64,000 nt of DNA from Devosia sp. (GCA_046594305.1 JBKJTB010000368.1:3317-67316); one strand, 5' to 3'; shown: positions 55,245 through 63,077, numbered from the stretch's first letter. Numbers and translations: made by a program. Notes: generated by a model not told the origin, from the letters alone.

Positions 55245-55975
55245 CCCTCGCGAGCGAAGCGTTCCGCCCATTCGCGGCTCTGCGCGTCCGCGAGTTTTGC
55301 TGTTCGCGGCGCGATGTGCGAAGCGATCGTGGGATCGCGGCCCAATGCGGTCAGCAACCGTGCAAGCGACGCCGCCGGATCGTCCGACAGCTCCTCGTAC
55401 GTCATCTGCATGGGCGTAATCCGTTCGCGCGTGAACCAGTTGCGCCAGTCGGCCTCATGCGCAGTCGTTTCGGCGATCGACGCACGCAGCGCTGCTGCGT
55501 CATACACTGGTGCCCGGTACTCGCCGCCCTGCTCGCGGACGCTGCCGTCGGCGTCGCGGTGCCAGAGGCCGGATTGCTCAGCCTTGATCCGCGAGATGGC
55601 CTGCGCGACCTTGTCCTTGCGTTCGATGGACAGATAGAGCGGCGTTCCGAATGCCGCAGCGATGCGTCCAGCGTCGGTGGTCTCGGTGGGGAACATTGCG
55701 GACAGTTTCGCGCTGATTTCTGGTAGCGATGGCCACATCACGCGCATGCTGAACAGGTCCGTGCTCCCGCTGCCTTCGGCGATGATGGCCTCGAGGTAGC
55801 GTTGCTCGAAGTCGGTGCCTTCGGCAACGCCCAGCCGTCCAGCGAAGTGCGCAACAGACTCGCGGCGATAGAACGCGTTTGGCATGCCTGTGACGCCGGT
55901 TTCCGCCAGCAGATCGCACAGCAGCGTCGTGCCGCTGCGCGGTGTTGCGCAGATAATGAGCGCACCGTAGCCCAA
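55241..55975 (-). CDS. Stf0 family sulfotransferase
   Basis: 244 aa, TTG start. PAPS-binding-like ICATPRSGTTLLCDLL and ...YLSIERKDKVAQAISRIKAEQSGLWH... are typical of Stf0 (trehalose 2-sulfotransferase-like) proteins. Confidence 0.75.
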   Translation of the reverse strand: MGYGALIICATPRSGTTLLCDLLAETGVTGMPNAFYRRESVAHFAGRLGVAEGTDFEQRYLEAIIAEGSGSTDLFSMRVMWPSLPEISAKLSAMFPTETTDAGRIAAAFGTPLYLSIERKDKVAQAISRIKAEQSGLWHRDADGSVREQGGEYRAPVYDAAALRASIAETTAHEADWRNWFTRERITPMQMTYEELSDDPAASLARLLTALGRDPTIASHIAPRTAKLADAQSREWAERFAREG

Positions 55976-55976
55976 C

Positions 55977-56927
55977 TCAGGCAGCCAGCGACGTGTCCGC
56001 CGCGACGCCCAGCATCAGGTTCAAATTCTGCACCGCAGCGCCGGATGCGCCCTTGCCGAGATTGTCATACACCGCGATCAGCACCGCCTGGGCGCGCTCG
56101 TCATTGGCGAACACGTGGAGCCGCATGCGGTTGGTGTTGTTGTAGATCTCGGGGTTGAGCTCGGGCAGGCGCTCGGCCTCGACATAGGGCGCGACCTCGA
56201 CGAAGCCACCTTCGATCGCTGCATAGTGGTCGGCGATGGCTTCGTGCAATTGCTTGCCTGATGGGATCGTCGCCGCCATCGAGAGCTGCAGCGGCACCAT
56301 GGTGATCATGCCCTGCGCGAAATTGCCGACAACAGGCGTGAACAGCGGCAGGCTGTCGAGCTTGGCGTACGTCTTCAGCTCGGGCAGATGCTTGTGCTTG
56401 AAGCCGAGGCCATAGGGCATGAACTCGTTGGCGTCTTCGCCCGCGCCTTCATAGTCTGATATCATCGACTTGCCGCCGCCGGTGTAACCGGAGATGCCGT
56501 TCACCGTCACCGGATAGTCCGCCGGGATCAGCCCGGCTTCGATCACCGGCCGTAGATGCGCGATGGCGCCCTGCGGCCAGCAGCCGGGGTTGCCGACGCG
56601 CTTGCTCGCAGCGATTTTTGCCGACTGGCCCTTGTCCATCTCGGCAAAGCCATAGGCCCAGCCGTCGGCGACGCGGTGTGCAGTCGAGGCGTCGATCACT
56701 TTGGTGGTGTCGTTCTCGATCAGCGACACGCTCTCCTTGGCCGCATCGTCGGGCAGGCAGAGGATCGCGACGTCGGCGAGGTTGAGGAGGCGCTTGCGCT
56801 CGGCAAGATCCTTGCGCTTGTCCTGGGCGATCGAAATCACCTCGAGATCGCGCCGCCCGGCCAGCCGGTCGCGGATCTGAAGGCCGGTCGTGCCCGCCTC
56901 GCCATCGATGAAAATCTTCGCGACCAT
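55977..56927 (-). CDS. argC: N-acetyl-gamma-glutamyl-phosphate reductase (type 2)
   Basis: 316 aa from ATG 56927; KIFIDGEAGTTGLQI...ILCLPDDAA...NPGCWP.... Confidence 0.9.
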   Translation of the reverse strand: MVAKIFIDGEAGTTGLQIRDRLAGRRDLEVISIAQDKRKDLAERKRLLNLADVAILCLPDDAAKESVSLIENDTTKVIDASTAHRVADGWAYGFAEMDKGQSAKIAASKRVGNPGCWPQGAIAHLRPVIEAGLIPADYPVTVNGISGYTGGGKSMISDYEGAGEDANEFMPYGLGFKHKHLPELKTYAKLDSLPLFTPVVGNFAQGMITMVPLQLSMAATIPSGKQLHEAIADHYAAIEGGFVEVAPYVEAERLPELNPEIYNNTNRMRLHVFANDERAQAVLIAVYDNLGKGASGAAVQNLNLMLGVAADTSLAA

Positions 56928-57003
56928 GATCGTCTCCCACCTAAGGGGTTGAATGCGTCGCGACATATAGGGTTTCATGGCTCAAATCAAAAGGGAGGGC
57001 TCA

Positions 57004-57714
57004 ATGACCCCGCACAATCACGCCAAACCGGACGATTACGCCGAAGCTGTCCTCCTGCCCGGCGATCCGCTGCGCGCCAAATGGGTCGCCGAGACCTTCC
57101 TCAAGGACGCGAAACTGGTCAATTCGGTGCGCAATTGCCTCGGCTACACCGGCACCTGGAACGGCAAGCGCGTCTCGGTGCAGGCGACCGGCATGGGCCA
57201 GCCGTCGCTGTCGATCTATGTGCATGAGCTGATCAATGTGTACGGCCTCAAGACGCTGATCCGCATCGGCACCTGCGGCGGGCTCAATGCGAAGGTGAAG
57301 GTGCGCGACCTGATCATCGCGCAGGCCGCCTCGACGGACTCGACCATCGTCAAGGACGGGTTCGGCGCCTTCAACTTCTCGCCCATCGCCGATTACGGCC
57401 TGCTGCGCGCTGCCGCCGACAAGGCAGAAGAGAAGGGCATGCGCTACCATGTGGGCAACATGCTGAGCTCGGACATCTTCTACCATGTCGAGCCGGGCAT
57501 GGCGGGCTATGGGCGCCTGCCCAGCCACGGCGTCATCGGCGTCGAGATGGAGTCGGCCGCGCTCTATACGCTCGCCGCCCGCTTCGATGTGAAGGCACTG
57601 ACCGTCTGCACCATGACCGACTGCCTCATCACGGGGGACGAGATCAGCGCCGAGGATCGCCAGACCTCGCTCAAGGATATGGTGTCGCTGGCGCTCGACG
57701 TCGCCGTGCAATGA
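57004..57714 (+). CDS. deoD: purine-nucleoside phosphorylase, DeoD type
   Basis: ATG 57004 follows GGGAGGG; ...AVLLPGDPLRAK...YTGTWNGKRVSVQATGMGQPSLSIYVHEL...GVEMESAALY.... Confidence 0.9.
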   Translation: MTPHNHAKPDDYAEAVLLPGDPLRAKWVAETFLKDAKLVNSVRNCLGYTGTWNGKRVSVQATGMGQPSLSIYVHELINVYGLKTLIRIGTCGGLNAKVKVRDLIIAQAASTDSTIVKDGFGAFNFSPIADYGLLRAAADKAEEKGMRYHVGNMLSSDIFYHVEPGMAGYGRLPSHGVIGVEMESAALYTLAARFDVKALTVCTMTDCLITGDEISAEDRQTSLKDMVSLALDVAVQ

Positions 57715-58355
57715 GCGTCCTCGACAAGCTCGCCTCGGCGCTCGAGCGCAACGACGAGCGGCCCAATGTCGAGCTGGCCGAGGCGCTGGTTGCAAAACCC
57801 GACAGGAAGGCGATCGCGGCTCTTGCGGACGCGCTGAGCAGCGGCACCGTGGCGGTGCAGAACGACGCCATCAAGGTGCTCTACGAGATCGGCGAACGTG
57901 CACCGGAGCTGGTCGCCCCGCATGGCGAGGCGTTTTTCGCGCTGCTCGGATCAAAGAACAATCGCAATGTCTGGGGCGCCATGTCGGCCATCGACACGAT
58001 CGCTGTGGTCAAGGCGAAGGAGGTGGCGGCTCACCTCAAGGCCATCCTCGCCGCCGCCGACAAGGGCTCCGTCATCGCCAAGGACAAGGCGATGTCGATG
58101 CTGGCCAAACTCGCGCAGGCCGGCGAGCCGAAAGCCATGCCGGCGCTGCTCGACCGGCTGGCGGACGCGGCGCCGAACCAGTTCCCGATGTACGTGGAGA
58201 TCGCGGCGACCGCCGTGACGCCGGCGCACAAGGCGCGGCTGACGGCCATCCTGGAGGCTCGCCTCAAGACCATCGACGTCTCGGCGAAGCGGGCGCGAGT
58301 GGAAAAGGTGCTGAAGAAGCTGCAGGCCCTGGCTAGGGACGGCCGGAAAGCTTAG
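57711..58355 (+). CDS. HEAT/ARM-like repeat protein, hypothetical
   Basis: 214 aa. The start overlaps the deoD stop (ATGA). Helical repeats are about 30-35 aa long (...AIKVLYEIGE..., ...WGAMSAIDTIA..., ...KAMSMLAKLAQ..., ...ALLDRLADA...). Confidence 0.65.
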   Translation: MSVLDKLASALERNDERPNVELAEALVAKPDRKAIAALADALSSGTVAVQNDAIKVLYEIGERAPELVAPHGEAFFALLGSKNNRNVWGAMSAIDTIAVVKAKEVAAHLKAILAAADKGSVIAKDKAMSMLAKLAQAGEPKAMPALLDRLADAAPNQFPMYVEIAATAVTPAHKARLTAILEARLKTIDVSAKRARVEKVLKKLQALARDGRKA

Positions 58356-59043
58356 CCCGCAAGCCGGCGAAATCGACGAGGCGGAGCAGGGGCCGGCGCT
58401 TCTTCTCAAACAGCGAGAAGGCCTTGTCGAAGTTCTTTGTCGCCTTCCGCCAGCGCTGGTTCAACTTCCCCTGGCGGCGCGCGCGCAGGCGGTTCTTGAG
58501 AGCGCGCAACGGATTGCGCGGCCGCATGATGATGCCGCAACCATAATCGGCGTCGAAGGTAAGATAGTCGATCGCCGGGTTGCCGAGGCAGAAGTCGATG
58601 AAGCTCTTGTAGGTCACGCCGCACCAATCGCCGCCATGGAGGTCCGGAGCGGCGGTCTCCCGGTCGGGCGGGTTGCAGTCGTGAATGACGATGACGCCGC
58701 CCGGCTCGAGCAGGGAGTAGGCAGCTTCAAGATCGCGCCTGGCGCACTCATAGGTATGGTGGGCGTCCACGAAGATCAGATCGAACGTCAAGCCGCGCTG
58801 CCGGATTTCGCCAAGCGGGGCAGCGATGTCATCGGTCTCGGACCGGAAATCGATCGGCAGTTCGTCGCGGGCGGGAGACGCCCCCATCCGATAGACCAGC
58901 CGCATGCAGGTTTTGAACGAGAGGTCGCGAGCCTCCTGGTACTTGCCGCCCGTGGTCGTGGTGGTGATCTCGAGATAGCGCGTCAGCCCAAGTGAAGCGG
59001 AGAGGATCCCCATCAACTGGACCTTGTTCCAATGCTCGAGCAT
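58333..59043 (-). CDS. class I SAM-dependent methyltransferase
   Basis: 236 aa from ATG 59043; ...YLEITTTTTGG... (motif I-like), ...FDLIFVDAHHTYECARRDLEAAYSLLEPGGVIVIHDC.... Its 3' end overlaps the convergent HEAT-repeat gene by 23 nt. Confidence 0.75.
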   Translation of the reverse strand: MLEHWNKVQLMGILSASLGLTRYLEITTTTTGGKYQEARDLSFKTCMRLVYRMGASPARDELPIDFRSETDDIAAPLGEIRQRGLTFDLIFVDAHHTYECARRDLEAAYSLLEPGGVIVIHDCNPPDRETAAPDLHGGDWCGVTYKSFIDFCLGNPAIDYLTFDADYGCGIIMRPRNPLRALKNRLRARRQGKLNQRWRKATKNFDKAFSLFEKKRRPLLRLVDFAGLRAKLSGRP

Positions 59044-59209
59044 TTCAAACCTTTGGTTTTTCAACGCACTGGGTAGCCGGTTCGGCCGGATCGCGCCAGC
59101 CGCGCCATCGAGCCGCCTCACCGACCCGTAACCTTATCGCCGTTTTCCCGCCGCGATTGTTCCGTTAACGTTCCGGCCACGGGCCCGCTGGCCCACGGGG
59201 ACACGCCAC

Positions 59210-60589
59210 ATGTTGCGTACAAACAATGCCGCGCGCATCCAGCAGACGCTTGTTGGCGTCGAGACGATGACGCGTTTTGCGCTGGCGGTGCTGGCGCTGG
59301 CATCCGGCGTTTACACCTATCTGGGCGTTCGCGGCCTGCTCGATGGCTCGGCGACCTTCGTGTTCTTTGCGGCGATCATCTATTCGGCCGCCGTCTCGGT
59401 CGCGATCTACGCGTTCTGGACGTTTATGCTGCGCTTCGTGCCCATCGTCACGTCGGGGGCGCAGCGGGCCGGGCTGTTCCTCACCATGGCGGTGGGGTGT
59501 TTCATGATCATGGCGATGTCGGCCTGGCTCAACGCCGCGGCGCTCGCCGGCTCCGCCGCGCTCGAGCAGCATCTGGCGGTGACGCTTCAGGGCTATGTGC
59601 AGGATCTCGACGATGCGCACGGCAACGCGCTCGCCGCGCAGTCGCTGCTGCCCGACGTGCAGCGCGCCGCCGAGCGCTTCGGCCGCCTCGCCGACGACGA
59701 GCGCAGTTCCGGCGCGCTCACCGGCACGACCGGCTCGGGCTCGGTGGTGCAGCTTCTGACGCAGATGTCGGCGCAGATGACCGAACTGGCCGGGACCATC
59801 ACCAATTCGCGCGGTGAGGTGCAGGCGCTGTTCGATCAAGGGTCGACCCACCTCGGCAAGATGCGCGAGCTGGTTTCGGGTGCCGGCGAAGTCGCTCCGC
59901 GCGCCGACGCGTTCGCGGCCGAAGTGGTGCAGCTCAACGGCATCATCGCCTCGCTGCAGGAAACCGGCGTCGCCCCGTCGGTGAAGCGGGCCGCAGCGGA
60001 CCTGTCGGTCGGCTTCATCGCCCCGGTCGCCGATGGCGGCTCCACCGATCTGGTGTCGCGGCAGGATACGGTGATGGGCACGGTGCGCGACTCCGTGGCC
60101 GCGCAGTCCGCCGCGCTCACCCAGGCCGCCGACGAAATCTTGAACGAACCCAAGGTCGAGCCGACGCGGTTTGTCCCGTTATCCTCGGCTGAGGCGGTGC
60201 TGCGCTATTGGAGCGACTTCATCCCCAGCTGGGCCGGGGCCATCTCGATCGATCTCTTGCCGGTGGTGCTCGTCCTCGTCCTGATGATCGCCCATGACGC
60301 GATGCGGCGGGAAACCGCCGGAATCGACGAAGCCGAGTCGATGACCGCCGGCGAATTGCTCCGTGCCATGGACCTTTATCGCCAGCTCTCGGGCAAGCCG
60401 CTCGTCGGGGCCAGCGGGCCCCTACCTGGCGAGGTGGCGGCCAGCGAGGTTGTTGCTGCGGCCGAGCCAACCGGTCCACCTGTCGAGGAGGCCAAGCCCG
60501 GTGCGGCGCCCAGCCCGCCAACTGCGGTCGTGTCCGCGGGCACCGACGCCACCGTCACGTCGCTCGACGTCTCACGCAAGCGGCCCTGA
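59210..60589 (+). CDS. hypothetical integral membrane protein with central coiled-coil region
   Basis: 459 aa (alternative ATG 59267). It has four N-terminal TM helices, a long Ala/Gln-rich helical segment, one late TM (LLPVVLVLVLMIAH) and a Pro/Ala-rich tail. Confidence 0.7.
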   Translation: MLRTNNAARIQQTLVGVETMTRFALAVLALASGVYTYLGVRGLLDGSATFVFFAAIIYSAAVSVAIYAFWTFMLRFVPIVTSGAQRAGLFLTMAVGCFMIMAMSAWLNAAALAGSAALEQHLAVTLQGYVQDLDDAHGNALAAQSLLPDVQRAAERFGRLADDERSSGALTGTTGSGSVVQLLTQMSAQMTELAGTITNSRGEVQALFDQGSTHLGKMRELVSGAGEVAPRADAFAAEVVQLNGIIASLQETGVAPSVKRAAADLSVGFIAPVADGGSTDLVSRQDTVMGTVRDSVAAQSAALTQAADEILNEPKVEPTRFVPLSSAEAVLRYWSDFIPSWAGAISIDLLPVVLVLVLMIAHDAMRRETAGIDEAESMTAGELLRAMDLYRQLSGKPLVGASGPLPGEVAASEVVAAAEPTGPPVEEAKPGAAPSPPTAVVSAGTDATVTSLDVSRKRP

Positions 60590-61371
60590 TGGCGACCGTC
60601 GCCCGCCGCTTGATCAACTGGGCCGCGGCCTTCGAGGACGGCGCGATCATCCGCGCCGCCTTCTTCGGCCTGCTGTCGGCCACGGCGGTGATCCTTTATC
60701 TCGACTACACCGAACTCAGCGCCAACACCCCCGACGCGCTGCCGGCGCAACTGGCGCCGATCCTGCCGTCCTTCGATCCCGGTGCCCCCGGCGGTGCTCC
60801 GGGTCCCGACGTCTCCACGCCGATGGACATCTTGCGCCAGCCGCTCGAGATCAAGCTCGGCAGTGGCGGCCAATTGACCGTCACCGGCACCATCATGCCG
60901 GGCTCGGCGGCCACCTTCACGGAACAGGTCGCGGCCTTCGCCGAGTACATCAAGACCGTGGCGCTTGATTCCCCCGGCGGCTCGGTGGTCGACGCGCTCG
61001 AGATCGGCCGGCTGATCCGCGAGAAAGGCTTTGCCACGTCGGTCGCCGCAGGGTCGCTTTGCGCCTCGTCCTGCCCGCTGGTGTTTGCCGGCGGCAAAGA
61101 ACGGCTCGCGGCCCCGGGTGCCGCGCTCGCCGTCCACCAGACCTACGCCGCCGCCCCGAGCGATTCGACGATGGCCTCGCGGCTTGCCGCCGCCGGCAAT
61201 GCCATGAGCGACGCGCAGACCATGACCGCCGAGATATCGCGCTATCTCATCGGCATGGGCGTCGATCCGGAGGTCTGGCTGCGGGCGCTCGAAACGCCCC
61301 CCGACCGGCTCAGCTACCTTTCCCCGGACGATCTGATCCGCCTCAAACTCGCCACGCGACTCAGCCAGTAG
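60589..61371 (+). CDS. ClpP/crotonase-fold periplasmic protein (COG3904-like)
   Basis: The start overlaps the upstream stop (TGATG). N-terminal TM anchor; ...VALDSPGGSVVDALEIGRLIREKGFAT.V..GSLCASSCPLVFAGG... resembles the ClpP/SppA-fold serine-protease-like core. Confidence 0.7.
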   Translation: MATVARRLINWAAAFEDGAIIRAAFFGLLSATAVILYLDYTELSANTPDALPAQLAPILPSFDPGAPGGAPGPDVSTPMDILRQPLEIKLGSGGQLTVTGTIMPGSAATFTEQVAAFAEYIKTVALDSPGGSVVDALEIGRLIREKGFATSVAAGSLCASSCPLVFAGGKERLAAPGAALAVHQTYAAAPSDSTMASRLAAAGNAMSDAQTMTAEISRYLIGMGVDPEVWLRALETPPDRLSYLSPDDLIRLKLATRLSQ

Positions 61372-61480
61372 CTCGACTGCGGCGGGCCTCCGCTTTTGCT
61401 TCGAATGCGCGGCAATATGTCAGCGGAACGAAAGGCCGGTCCCGTAGTTCTCACGCGTAGGAGCCTTGGGAGGGAAGCCT

Positions 61481-61777
61481 ATGACTCACGACCATACATT
61501 GACGCGCCATCGCGACATCCAGGCCTGGGTGGCAGAGCGGCGTGGACTGCCTGCCCTGGTGCGGGCGCCCAACAGTTTCGGCGAAATGCGGGCGCGTCTG
61601 TCGCTGCGGTTCGAGCGGCCGGCGCGTCCGGTCGGCATGCCGGCGACCGATCAGGGCGCAGGCCCGGTTTCATGGTCGGCGTGGCTCGCCGAACTCGACC
61701 GGCAACAGCTTGCGCTGCGTGTTTCCGAAGCCGGTGACATCGAGTACGAATTGGTCGACCGTAAAACTCTCAACTGA
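61481..61777 (+). CDS. hypothetical 98-aa protein, paralogue A of tandem pair
   Basis: ATG 61481 follows GGGAGGG. It shares the DI..W...RGG.PA and V.W..WLAEL..Q.L.L.V blocks with the next gene. Confidence 0.65.
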   Translation: MTHDHTLTRHRDIQAWVAERRGLPALVRAPNSFGEMRARLSLRFERPARPVGMPATDQGAGPVSWSAWLAELDRQQLALRVSEAGDIEYELVDRKTLN

Positions 61778-61799
61778 TCCGCCGTTTCCGGCTAATCTG

Positions 61800-61828
61800 A
61801 TGGCCCGGTCGCCGGGCCATTTTGTTTT
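61800..61828 (+). terminator. intrinsic terminator between the tandem paralogues
   Basis: ATGGCCCGG-tcg-CCGGGCCAT (9-bp perfect stem) is followed by TTTGTTTT and lies 23 nt after stop 61777. Confidence 0.7.
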
Positions 61829-61838
61829 GGAGCGTCCC

Positions 61839-62135
61839 ATGTCCCGCATTCTGAGAACTGCCGAAGACATCCGCCAATGGGCCGAAGCCCGCGGCGGCCA
61901 GCCCGCCTGGTCCGAACTGCCCTCGGGCACGCGCTCGCAGATTACACTCAGGATCGTCTTCGACCAGTATCTGCTCAATTCCGGCGAAGCCCAGGACACC
62001 GACCGCCCCGGCGGCCTTGACCTCGTCGGCTGGGACGAATGGCTGGCCGAACTCAACAAGCAGAAGCTGGTCCTGCAGGTCGGCGACAAGGTCGACGGCA
62101 GCCTCGACAACGATTTCGAGTACGTGCCGGAGTAG
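61839..62135 (+). CDS. hypothetical 98-aa protein, paralogue B of tandem pair
   Basis: ATG 61839 follows GGAG; MSRILRTAEDIRQWAEARGGQPA...LVGWDEWLAELNKQKLVLQV...DNDFEYV. Confidence 0.7.
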   Translation: MSRILRTAEDIRQWAEARGGQPAWSELPSGTRSQITLRIVFDQYLLNSGEAQDTDRPGGLDLVGWDEWLAELNKQKLVLQVGDKVDGSLDNDFEYVPE

Positions 62136-62159
62136 GGGCCCAACCGCCCTGCCGCGCGC

Positions 62160-62230
62160 GCAGTCGGGATTCCTCTCCCGCTTCTTGCGGGGGAGGGCGG
62201 ACCACGCGTAGCGTGGTGGAGGGGGCGGCC
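62160..62230. repeat. left arm of about 70-bp inverted repeat flanking the DUF559 gene
   Basis: gcagtcgggattcctctcccgcttcttgcgggggagggcggacc ... ggtggagggggcggcc. The reverse complement of 62574-62641 matches both blocks. Block 1 is itself a hairpin (CTCCCGC/GCGGG(GG)AG). Confidence 0.7.
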
Positions 62231-62245
62231 ACAAACTCGAAGTTG

Positions 62246-62595
62246 ATGCGTGCACCGATCCAGACGCAAAACCGTGCTAAAGTCCTGAGGCGCAGCCTGA
62301 GCCAGCCCGAGCGTACGCTGTGGGCCATGCTTCGCGGCAATCAGCAAGGTCTGCATTTCCGCCGCCAGCATGCTGCCGGCCAGTACATTCTCGATTTCTA
62401 CTGCGCAAGCGCCCGCCTGTGCGTCGAGATCGACGGGCCGTCACATGAGGATCGCGCCGTCCATGATCAGCGGCGGACCGACTGGCTCGCGAACAAGGCA
62501 TCCGCGTAATCCGCTTCTCCGTTGACGAGGTGGAAACCCGGTCCGCCGCGGTCCTCGCCACCATCAAGACTGCGGCCGCCCCCTCCACCGGCTGA
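62246..62595 (+). pseudogene. DUF559 (Vsr-like) endonuclease domain gene, frameshifted
   Basis: ATG 62246 gives ...QPERTLWAMLRGNQQGLHFRRQHAAGQYILDFYCASARLCVEIDGPSHED...RRTDWLA, then NKASA-stop at 62507-62509. The +1 frame continues EQGIRVIRFSVDEVETRSAAVLATIKTAAAPSTG-stop (62593-62595), which is the conserved DUF559 C-terminus. A 1-nt indel lies near 62487. Confidence 0.75.
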
Positions 62596-62641
62596 CGCCG
62601 GTCCGCCCTCCCCCGCTGCGCGGGAGAGGATTCCCGACTGC
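62574..62641. repeat. right arm of the inverted repeat flanking the DUF559 gene
   Basis: ggccgccccctccacc ... ggtccgccctcccccgctgcgcgggagaggattcccgactgc. This arm overlaps the last codons of the DUF559 reading frame. Confidence 0.7.
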
Positions 62642-62894
62642 AATCATCGCGTTCAGGAACCAAAAGTTTCGCCCGGAGACGCCTGAGAATCCTGGCCTCT
62701 CCGAGCTTATTTCTCCCACTTATCCACGTCCCCCAAGAGCGGGTGTATGCTGCCCTCAGTTCATCGCACGGACGTTAGTCGACGCGAACGACGCGATGGA
62801 CCAGCGGGTGGGGAGGCTTCGCGGCTTCCCTGGGCCGTGCGGTGGAGCGCTGGTAACCCCAGCCCGATCGCGCACGTGATCCTGAAATCCCGCG

Positions 62895-62949
62895 CCCCGA
62901 GGCGCTTGCGTCTCACATACTAAAACATCGAGGCGTACGCGCCTCGGGG
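62895..62949. other. mutually exclusive GC-rich hairpins in the long untranslated region upstream of leuD
   Basis: Segment C (GCGCCTCGGGG, 62939-62949) can pair either with A (CCCCGAGGCGC, 62895-62905; 11 bp) or with B (CGAGGCG, 62929-62935; 7 bp, tetraloop). On the minus strand the B:C hairpin is followed by AUGUUUUAGU. Confidence 0.4.
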
Positions 62950-63077
62950 CTCCGTCCACTTCCCAGCAAAGGCAATCGCCGCGCTGAAACCGGGTCACCG
63001 GACGCCTCAACTTGTCCGCGCCCTTGATTTCCCGGTCTCGACACGTCATTACGCCCGCCTGAAAGGGGTTACAGATC

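Noticed and set aside
61372-61400. Weak hairpin GCGG-N7-CCGC followed by TTTTGCTT after the ClpP-fold gene, as a possible terminator.
   Set aside because: The stem has only 4 clean base pairs. That is too weak to call without transcript data.
62642-63077. Possibility that the long non-coding stretch upstream of leuD is a two-piece tmRNA, RNase P RNA, or SRP/6S RNA.
   Set aside because: There is no tRNA-like T-arm (GGTTCGA-type). No tag reading frame ends in ...(A/V)AA-stop; the GCGAACGACGCG stretch does not continue as an ANDN... tag. There is no GGAAAGTCCGGGC (RNase P) motif and no SRP domain IV motif.
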